The position numbers and the translations under genes are program-made. A DNA stretch of 48,987 nucleotides from Candidatus Moanibacter sp. (GTDB lineage: Bacteria; Verrucomicrobiota; Verrucomicrobiia; Opitutales; UBA2987). Shown here one piece after another: positions 20,828 through 28,430 of this stretch. The notes beneath the pieces were generated by a model. It did no database searches, was not told the DNA's origin, and saw nothing but the letters and a program-made list of their open reading frames with translations. Positions within the stretch are counted from its first letter, which is position 1. Each line of letters opens with the position of its first letter. The stretch lies in contig CBDCEW010000041.1 in NCBI GenBank assembly GCA_965215885.1, positions 1 to 48,987 on the forward strand, given 5' to 3'.

Positions 20828-20919
20828 TCGCTTCGGGTTTAATTCCCCGAAGCTTGCTTCGTTTCTAATTCATAAAGTCTAATATCAAATGCCTCGGGGC
20901 TTGCCCCGAGGATCTTTAC
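20828..20919 (+). mobile_element. 92-bp IS200/IS605-type hairpin mini-element (PATE-like), copy 1
   Basis: Identical to copies at 30402-30493 and 36694-36785; two subterminal hairpins; preceded by TTTAA; no TSD. Confidence 0.8.
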
Positions 20920-21004
20920 TATATCCTCGGATTTTTTCAGCTCTCTTATCAGAAATACCAAATAGCATAGCCCCCCATGTCACAAATCAAGCGTATTCTT
21001 AACC

Positions 21005-22024
21005 TTGCCCGATAAAGATCTCCACAGTCAGAATATCGTAGCCTGTATCTGGGATTTCGACAAAACGCTCATCCCCGGTTATATGCAGGCGCCCCTCTTT
21101 GACCGATATGGAGTCGACGAGAGCCGCTTCTGGGAGGAGGTCAATCAGCTTCCCGAACTCTATGCAAACCGCGGTCTTGTGGTCAGCAAGGATACGGTCT
21201 ACCTAAATCATCTCCTCACATACGTCAGGAGCGGACCCATGCGCGGCCTTAACAATGCCACGCTACGGGAACTCGGGCAGGATCTCGCATTCTACCCCGG
21301 TCTTCCCGATTTCTTCCTTGAACTGAAAGCTCTCGTATCCGCGAAACCGGAATACCGCTCTCATGAAATCTCACTGGAGCACTATATCATCAGTACCGGA
21401 CTCGCTGAAATGATCCGCGGGAGCGCCCTCGCCGACTACGTGGACGGCGTATTCGGGTGCGAGTTCGTCGAGAATCCGGCGCCACCCGGTTACCATTTGC
21501 AGAAGGAATTCGACCTCCCTGCGGAGAGAGAAATCAGCCAGATTGGCGTGATGGTCGATAATACGATCAAAACGCGCTTCATTTTCGAGATAAACAAAGG
21601 GGCGAACAAGATCCCGGAAGTCGACGTCAACGCCAAGATGCGCAAGGAAGATCGGCGTATCCCGATGAAAAACATGATATACGTGGCCGACGGACCAAGC
21701 GACGTACCCGTTTTCTCGGTCGTAAAAAAGTGCGGCGGCAAGACTTTCGCTGTTCACGACGCCGGATGCGAGGAGGAATTCGCACAGAACGATACTCTAC
21801 TCCAGTCCGGTCGCATCCACGCCTATGGTCCCGCTGATTATCGCTCCAGCAGCAGCACTTCGGTGTGGATAAGAATGCATCTTCGTAATATCTGCGATCG
21901 CATTACCAGAGAACGCGAATCCACCCTCGCCAATCGAGTGACAGATCCTCCGCGCCATCTCCACGAGTCCGAGGATTCTTCGGCCAATGCCCCGGTTCAA
22001 GGTAAGCTGCTCGATGATGAGTAA
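21005..22024 (+). CDS. HAD-superfamily hydrolase
   Basis: WDFDKTL motif I, IISTG motif [12 protein letters not shown] motif IV. Confidence 0.85.
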   Translation: MPDKDLHSQNIVACIWDFDKTLIPGYMQAPLFDRYGVDESRFWEEVNQLPELYANRGLVVSKDTVYLNHLLTYVRSGPMRGLNNATLRELGQDLAFYPGLPDFFLELKALVSAKPEYRSHEISLEHYIISTGLAEMIRGSALADYVDGVFGCEFVENPAPPGYHLQKEFDLPAEREISQIGVMVDNTIKTRFIFEINKGANKIPEVDVNAKMRKEDRRIPMKNMIYVADGPSDVPVFSVVKKCGGKTFAVHDAGCEEEFAQNDTLLQSGRIHAYGPADYRSSSSTSVWIRMHLRNICDRITRERESTLANRVTDPPRHLHESEDSSANAPVQGKLLDDE

Positions 22025-22051
22025 GTCCGGAAATTTGTGATATTTCCGGAC
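22025..22051. terminator. Hairpin immediately after the HAD stop (possible terminator between convergent genes)
   Basis: GTCCGGAAAT-loop-ATTTCCGGAC; no clear U tract. Confidence 0.4.
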
Positions 22052-22062
22052 AGCGGCCATAG

Positions 22063-22128
22063 TCGAAAAGCTCCCGCTTTCCGCTACACGCTTGGTTTCG
22101 AAACGTAGCGAAAAGCGGGGGCTTTTCG
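22063..22128. repeat. GTAG-type REP doublet (GTAG-CGAAAAGC-N4-GCTTTTCG)
   Basis: Two inverted units; related single unit GTAGCGGAATCCGGGAGGATTTCG at 24027-24050. Confidence 0.7.
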
Positions 22129-22221
22129 AGCACGAGAACGATATCAGCGATTTTCGCTATTGAAAGGACTGAAATTCGTTACACGGAAACCTGCTCTGAA
22201 GCACGGCATTGAAGCTTCACA

Positions 22222-23991
22222 TCAAAGTAGAGTGATCTGGAGTCGCAGGAATTTCTTGTCCACACCACCGATCGCCTCGAGCAGTCGCACGGTGACGGTT
22301 TCGGTGCCGTCGCCGTTGTTTATCGCGGAACCCACCTGCTGGACTAGAGAAGGTCCCTCCATCCAGTCACCTGCCACGAGATCGGTGGCCACCTGGACGG
22401 TGTATTGAATCCCTTCAAAAGTGTAGTCGACTCCCACCGTGCCGGCACCCCCAATGAACTGCCGGTAGGTGATCTCAAGGAAAGTTCCGTCCTCCGTTAC
22501 CACCGGCAGGTCTCCGGTGGAGCTGATCGTGGGGTCGGAGTTCAAAGCAAACTCGATGCCGTTGGGGATGCCGTCGTTGTCCGGGTCGGCCGTAAATCCG
22601 CTGATCAATGGATCCGTGAAGTCGTCTCCAAAGAAGAAGAGCGACTTCCAGAAGTCGTAACCGTCGAGAATTTCGACACCCGACTGCACATCGAGGCTGA
22701 CGGTGGAATTGGAGTCAACCACCGTGACTACCAATTGGACCATGTCGCCCACTGTAAAGGCCGAAGCATCAATGTTAAATGTCTCGTCGATCTGCGTTGC
22801 GGGCGTAAAATCGCTATAGGAGCCGTTTACGGTAATCGGCGCGTTACCGCCAAAGCCCAGAACGAGCGAATAATCGATTTGCACGATGTTCGGAAGTGGC
22901 GCCGTTTGTACGTTGTTCTCGACAAAGAGGGAATAGGGCATGGGCGGACCCCAGATTGTGTTTTGCTTCTTCGTGCGAATATACAGAGTATGCTGTCCCA
23001 GCGACTCCGACGTAAGATCACCGGTAAAGAGCTTCTCAACAGAAGTGCCGGTGGTAATACTCACCGCTGTCCCCATCCCAAAACCGGGATCCGCGTCGAT
23101 GAAATATTCCATCTCGTCGATGGGTCCGGCAGCGTCCGGTCCGTTGCTTATATCGTTAAAGAGAGGAAACTGGATCGGCGGCCCCCAGATGCCGTGCGAA
23201 TTTTGCGCGCGCAGATTGAGAACATTGAAGCCCGTCGACTCTGAGGAGAGGTCCAGTACCTTATTCGACGTGACCTCATTTGCAGCCGGCGAGACGGTAA
23301 ACGCCTGGCCACTCCCCTCTCCTCCCGGATCGTCATTCAGAAACGCTTCGATAGCGGTGATGTCCGTGGCTGGATCGGGTTCTCCCGTTACGTCGTTGAA
23401 GAACGCGTAGGGAAGCGATGGCCCCCAAATTCCGCTCGAACCTTTGACGCGGATAAAGGCGATATTAAAACCGGTATCCTCATTGGAGAGATCCAGAATT
23501 TCCTGCTCAGTGACTTCGTTCCCAGGAGTCGTGACAGGTATGGGGGTACCCGAGCCGCCGACTGGAACGTTTCCGCTGTTGTAGAAAACCTCCATCTCCT
23601 CGATCTCGTGGTCGCCCTGTGTATCAACGCCCGGCTCGAGGAAGAAAGGTGTAGCCATGGTTGGACTCCAATCGCCGTTGGTGTCCTGCACGCGGTGATA
23701 AATGACGTGATGGCCGGAGGAAAGGGCTGAGATGTCGGGATTGAACATGATCTCGACGTTGGCGGCGGAAGGAACAGCGATCTGCTGGCCGGAATCGAAC
23801 CCTGTATTGGTGTCGATGAAATACTCGAGAAGGTCGATGTTCTGGGCTTGGAGAGGGATGGGAAATGCCAGGAGGAACATCGGCACTAACCGGCTCTTTG
23901 CAGAGCCGGCTACACGAAAGGACCCGAAAATTCCCTCCATCGTAGCCGGTTCTGCAAAGAGCCGGATCAGACTTTTTAATATCTCCCGCAT
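22222..23991 (-). CDS. Secreted acidic protein with repeated E(Y/A)F.D.DPG-type beta modules and a Verrucomicrobia-style C-terminal domain
   Basis: About four repeats (EYFIDT, EVFYNS, EAFLNDDPG, EYFIDADPGFG; each ending W(G/S)P); DPDNDGIPNGIEFALNSDP; ends KKFLRLQITLL; signal peptide LQA-QN. Confidence 0.75.
   Translation of the reverse strand: MREILKSLIRLFAEPATMEGIFGSFRVAGSAKSRLVPMFLLAFPIPLQAQNIDLLEYFIDTNTGFDSGQQIAVPSAANVEIMFNPDISALSSGHHVIYHRVQDTNGDWSPTMATPFFLEPGVDTQGDHEIEEMEVFYNSGNVPVGGSGTPIPVTTPGNEVTEQEILDLSNEDTGFNIAFIRVKGSSGIWGPSLPYAFFNDVTGEPDPATDITAIEAFLNDDPGGEGSGQAFTVSPAANEVTSNKVLDLSSESTGFNVLNLRAQNSHGIWGPPIQFPLFNDISNGPDAAGPIDEMEYFIDADPGFGMGTAVSITTGTSVEKLFTGDLTSESLGQHTLYIRTKKQNTIWGPPMPYSLFVENNVQTAPLPNIVQIDYSLVLGFGGNAPITVNGSYSDFTPATQIDETFNIDASAFTVGDMVQLVVTVVDSNSTVSLDVQSGVEILDGYDFWKSLFFFGDDFTDPLISGFTADPDNDGIPNGIEFALNSDPTISSTGDLPVVTEDGTFLEITYRQFIGGAGTVGVDYTFEGIQYTVQVATDLVAGDWMEGPSLVQQVGSAINNGDGTETVTVRLLEAIGGVDKKFLRLQITLL
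23890..23965. repeat. GTAG-type REP doublet inserted in frame in the signal-peptide coding region
   Basis: CCGGCTCTTTGCAGAGCCGGCTAC (23890-23913) and GTAGCCGGTTCTGCAAAGAGCCGG (23942-23965). Confidence 0.8.
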
Positions 23992-24150
23992 GGTATCACT
24001 ATTCCATCGAATCTTATCCCAAAAGCGTAGCGGAATCCGGGAGGATTTCGTCAGTAAGTTCGGATCAAAAATAAGGAGGCGTCAGAAATGCTCCCCCTCC
24101 TTCGCTTGAGTAGCTTCGGACGGCAGGCGCATTCCTCTACAAGGAGAGGA

Positions 24151-25193
24151 TCAATTTCTCGCCTTGGCTTTGACGGTGATATCCAACCCCGCCGACGGGG
24201 AGCCGAAGAGGGGAGCGATAATTTCGGTAATGGTCGGCAGGGCCGGAACACCGGAGAGGACATAGGGCTCCGGGCCGCCATAGATGCCGGCGTCGACATT
24301 GCCTACGCCGAACATTTCGGCCGGGCTGCCACCAGCGAGTTGAAATTGGCCGTCCGGGCTGCTCGTTCCGTCAAACAGTGTGCCGCTTTCATTGATGAGA
24401 TTTTCCGGGACAGGCATGGCGATGACATTATGGGGAGAGATATTGTTGGTGATTGCAGTATTGGAATCGAAAAAATAAGATTCATTTCCTAACAGTAGAT
24501 TGTTTCTAAAGACGCTGTTAACGATGCCCAGATCTCCGAGATTAAAGATGTTATTCTCAATCGTGGCGGTATCGCTTGTAAACATCGTGATGGCATCCCC
24601 ACCAGAGGTGTTATTTTGAATGAAATTATTCCTGATAATAATGCCCGTTTCAAAAAAACCGTACCGCCGCTAAAATGAATCATCCCCAAACTACCACTAC
24701 CCGAGGACCCGATGATGTAATTCTGTATAATTAACACATTTGAAACGGAAAAATTACCGGTTGTATTGAGAAAGATCGGCAATGTCACATGGTTACGCTT
24801 AATCGTGATATTGGACGCATTAACATCGATCTGACCGGTGGTGAGCCCGGAAATCATGGCGCCTGAAGGATCGTCCGGTCCGGACGCCACGAAGGTTACT
24901 AATCCGAAGAGCGCGGGACTCACTTCCGCCGATTCACCGAGATTGGAGGTCAGAAAATAACCCGGACCATAGACGAAGATTGATTTGGAGATGGTGACAG
25001 TTCCGTAGGAAGTCCCCGATCCCGCGACATAGAGAATATCCCCGTCGACCACTCCTTCGTCATCATGGGCGGTCTGGAAGTCGGTGAAATCGGCAACGTG
25101 GCCGGGGTTGTTATCGATGCGGAAGATGTTTTGTGCGTTGGCGTTCAGGCATAAGATGGCAACGGAAATAAACAGGAGTGCTTTTCTCATCAT
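24151..25193 (-). pseudogene. Secreted right-handed beta-helix protein, frameshifted at a T7 tract (24652-24658)
   Basis: Signal peptide ANA-QN; FQTAHD...GDILYVAGS...GPGYFL; Asn-rich IKRN/IIQN/IRNN/IENN repeats; C-terminal DAGIYGGPEPYVLSGVP in the -1 frame. Confidence 0.75.
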
Positions 25194-25304
25194 TTTCTCT
25201 TCAGGTGTAGTGAATTGACCAATTGCGAAAAAAACCGAATTCAGTGAAAATAACGGCGAGGAGAGAGCACGTCAAGGAGGATGGTTGGATGGGAGTTCTT
25301 CGAT

Positions 25305-25550
25305 CGACGAAGTTTACGACGATGCTTACGACGAAGGTGGGGAGGCTGGGTAGTTCTCGAACATCGAACGCCCAACATCCAACGTTCAACGTCCAATCTT
25401 CGCGGTCCGACAGTCCGATGTTCCTATTCAATTGTTTTACTTTCGGTAGGGAAATAAGCAGCTGCCCCGTCACAAGACCGGGGCAGCGTCAAATACGTTC
25501 AACAGGTAGCAGGAGGCAAACCCACCCCTTAATCCCCTCCCAGGAGGGGA
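25305..25550. repeat. Intergenic mosaic of short repeats (12-mer x3, 7-mer array, hairpin, CCCACCCC...GGAGGGGA unit)
   Basis: CGACGAAGTTTA/CGACGATGCTTA/CGACGAAGGTGG; AACATCG-AACGCCC-AACATCC-AACGTTC-AACGTCC; GCTGCCCCG...CGGGGCAGC. Confidence 0.7.
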
Positions 25551-25816
25551 TCTTCTGAGAAATGCTTCTGTCTCAGGTATTCAGAGTTTAGTGACTCTTA
25601 GAAAGCGAAACTGCTTGCGAACTGGCTTAACAATTGTTAGCTAGAGTAACGGGAGCTCTGCCTCGCTATGACAATGAGGAGAGTATACTAGAGAAAATGC
25701 CGGTAACACCAGGGAGCAACCTGAACTCTGAACTCCGAACTCCTTGGCACGCCATAGCCCTTGGGCGACGGCGGCTGAACTCTTTGTGCACAAGGAAAGC
25801 CCGTTTTGATAATTAC

Positions 25817-26722
25817 GTGCTCCGATTGGGGCTGTGCGCCACCCTCTCTTTTACCGTCGGCTGCTCGGTCAACGATCTGGCCATCAAGAAGATGGCCGAC
25901 ACGCTGGCGGCGGGAGGTTCGGTATTCTCCTCGGATGACGATCCCGAACTGGTAAAGGCGGCCGTGCCCTTCAGCCTCAAGCTGATGGAGAGCCTGCTCG
26001 AGGAAGTTCCGAGGCACGAGGGCCTGCTCTTCGCGACAGTCAGTGGATTCGCCCAATACGCTTTCGCCTTCGTCGAGACGGAAGCCAATGAAGTGGAGGA
26101 TGTCGATTTCGCGAGAGCGACGGAGCTGCGGGACCGCGCCGTTCGGCTTTATCTGCGCGCGCGCGATTACGGTCTACGTGGAATCGGAGTAAGTCACAGC
26201 AATTTTGAGGAGAAACTGCGCGAGGAACCGGTATCCGCCGTAGCGTCAACCAACGTCGATGATGTGCCCTTCCTCTACTGGACGGCAGCCGCATGGGCGG
26301 CAGCGATATCCCTTTCAAAGGACGACCCGGACCTCCTGGCCGAACTTCACATAGTCGAAGCACTGATCGACCGAGCCCTGGAGTTGGATGAGAGCTACGA
26401 CGAGGGCGCTATTCATTCCTTCCTTATCTCCTATGAAATGTTTCGGCCGGGCGGTGCAGCCAATGCCGTCACCCGGGCAAGGAGACACTTCGATCGGGCC
26501 GTCGAACTGTCGGGTGGAAAGCTGGCAAGCCCGATGGTAACCTATGCCGAAGCGGTCGCGGTGCAGGAACAGGAACTGGAGGACTTTCGTTACACGCTCG
26601 AACAGGCCTTGGAGATCGACGCGGATTTGACACCGCAATCGAGGCTCGTAAACTTGATCATGCAGCGGCGAGCGCGGTGGTTGCTAAGCCGGAGCGACGA
26701 GCTTTTTCTTATTCCGGAATGA
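25817..26722 (+). CDS. TRAP transporter TatT component (TPR lipoprotein)
   Basis: Lipobox-like LSFTVGC; DDPELVKAAVPFSLKLMESLL, GFAQYAFAFV, LYLRARDYG, LYWTAAAW, ARRHFDRAVELSGG; start uncertain (GTG 25817 chosen). Confidence 0.85.
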   Translation: MLRLGLCATLSFTVGCSVNDLAIKKMADTLAAGGSVFSSDDDPELVKAAVPFSLKLMESLLEEVPRHEGLLFATVSGFAQYAFAFVETEANEVEDVDFARATELRDRAVRLYLRARDYGLRGIGVSHSNFEEKLREEPVSAVASTNVDDVPFLYWTAAAWAAAISLSKDDPDLLAELHIVEALIDRALELDESYDEGAIHSFLISYEMFRPGGAANAVTRARRHFDRAVELSGGKLASPMVTYAEAVAVQEQELEDFRYTLEQALEIDADLTPQSRLVNLIMQRRARWLLSRSDELFLIPE

Positions 26723-27392
26723 AAAGGAGCGGGAGAATGATTGAGGTCCTTACTTGGAGAGGAATATTGAACAGAAGGAAACAAAGGAAGACGAAGAGGA
26801 AAGAATTCTCACGCAAAGGCGCAAAGGGTGAAGAGGAAGAGATCCATATTTCTTGAACATCAACGGGTTATATTTTCGAGTGGAGAATTTCTCCTGAAAA
26901 AAACTAGCCCTTTCGAGTTTGTAATACAAAGAAGCCTAGCGCAGCGAAGCCGAAACCAAAAAAGAAGAAGAGAACCGCAGATGTACGCAGATGGACGCGA
27001 ATGCAGAAGGAACCTCCTACTTCCCCTGGTAACCTCGTCGCGAATCCCGCTGAGCGGGACCCCAAACCTTGTCGACTGCAATACATTGAATTCCAACCTC
27101 TTCTATGCCAAACATTGCTAGAAAAAAAAGTTTTTACGGATTGTAATACGGAGGACCACGGAGAATGGTACCTGGAAATGTAGAAAATTGGGAGGAGTCG
27201 GATTCTTCTTCTCCATTGTTATCGATGCAGCGGTCAGTCCGAAGTGGTTGTCACCAGGGCTTGAACGACCTTCCCGAAGCAAAGGAAGATCGCAATTTCA
27301 CCTTGAAATTGTCCACGCAATTCACCTCTGTGCACCTCGGTGGTTCTTCGTGGCACTCTGTGACCCCTCTTCTGTCTTATAAGCCTTTCTGT

Positions 27393-28430
27393 TTGGGTAG
27401 GGCCATCGGTTGCTTTAATAAACTCACGCTTGTCGTTCTGTTAGTCTTTTTAATGGTCACGGGGCTGCACGGGGCGCGGCAGATTCGCCTGAACCTGGGA
27501 ACAATCGCGCCGCGTGGTTCCTCCGCCCACAAAGCGCTCATGACCATGCGGGAGAAGTGGAGTGAGGCGCCGGGCGGTGGTGTGAGGCTGGTCATATATC
27601 CTGATGGGGTGCAGGGAGGGGAAGCGGACATGGTGCGGCTTATGCGAGTGGGCATGCTTCAGGCGGGGTTATTTACGGCAACCGGACTCTCCGACATTGA
27701 GCAAAGCGTGAAAGCGCTGCAGAATATGCCCATGGTGTTTCACAATCTCGAAGAGTACGATTACGTCGGCGGCATCCTTCGCCCCAAGCTTGCGAGGCGT
27801 CTCGAGGAGAAAGGCTTCATCGTGCTCTTCTGGATCGATGCCGGCTGGATACGCATATTTTCAAAGGAGCACATTGTGCGTCCCGATGATTTGCGGAAGC
27901 TAAAATGGTTTGTCTGGGAGGGCGATAATGAGCAGGCGAAGATCATGAGAAGTATCGGCTTTCAGCCCGTTATGCTGGAGACATCCGATATCATACCCGG
28001 CTTGCAAACCGGTCTCATCGACGCCGTGGCCGCACCCCCCATCTTTGCGCTGGCGGGACAGCTCGACACTCGCGCGCCCTATATGCTCGATTTGGACTGG
28101 GCACCCCTCCAGGGCGCAGCCATCGTGACGAAATCGTTCTGGCTCCGGATTTCCGACAGCACGAAACCGGCGCTTCTGGCGGCCGCGGCAATAGCGGGGG
28201 CAGAAATCAATCTCCGGGCCCGCAAGGAAAGTTACGAATCGGTGAATGCGATGCAAAAACGCGGGCTGAGAGTCGAAAACGTGACTTCTGAGATTGAGGC
28301 TGAATGGCGTCGGGAAGCCGAAAGGGTCTATCCTCAGATTCGGGGCGGGATGGTTCCTGCCGACATATTCGATGAAGTCCGCGAATTGTTGAAGAGGTAC
28401 CGCTCGGACAGAGTGAGCGCCGAACATTGA
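27393..28430 (+). CDS. dctP: TRAP transporter substrate-binding protein DctP (TatP-type)
   Basis: Signal peptide then LGTIAPRGS, IYPDGVQGGEADMVRLMRVG, PDDLRKLK, LQTGLIDAV; start uncertain (TTG 27393 chosen). Confidence 0.88.
   Translation: MGRAIGCFNKLTLVVLLVFLMVTGLHGARQIRLNLGTIAPRGSSAHKALMTMREKWSEAPGGGVRLVIYPDGVQGGEADMVRLMRVGMLQAGLFTATGLSDIEQSVKALQNMPMVFHNLEEYDYVGGILRPKLARRLEEKGFIVLFWIDAGWIRIFSKEHIVRPDDLRKLKWFVWEGDNEQAKIMRSIGFQPVMLETSDIIPGLQTGLIDAVAAPPIFALAGQLDTRAPYMLDLDWAPLQGAAIVTKSFWLRISDSTKPALLAAAAIAGAEINLRARKESYESVNAMQKRGLRVENVTSEIEAEWRREAERVYPQIRGGMVPADIFDEVRELLKRYRSDRVSAEH

Noticed and set aside
22405..23244. Long antisense/alternate-frame ORFs (also 28489-29406, 29677-30348, 7085-7654, 33888-34427)
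   Set aside because: Shadow ORFs of well-supported genes with no recognisable motifs
25305..25397. CRISPR array
   Set aside because: Repeats are 7-12 bp tandem units without unique spacers; no cas genes in the window
27165..27392. Long N-terminal extension of DctP (likewise 25634-25816 for TatT)
   Set aside because: Translates through repeat-derived sequence and precedes the evident signal peptide or lipobox
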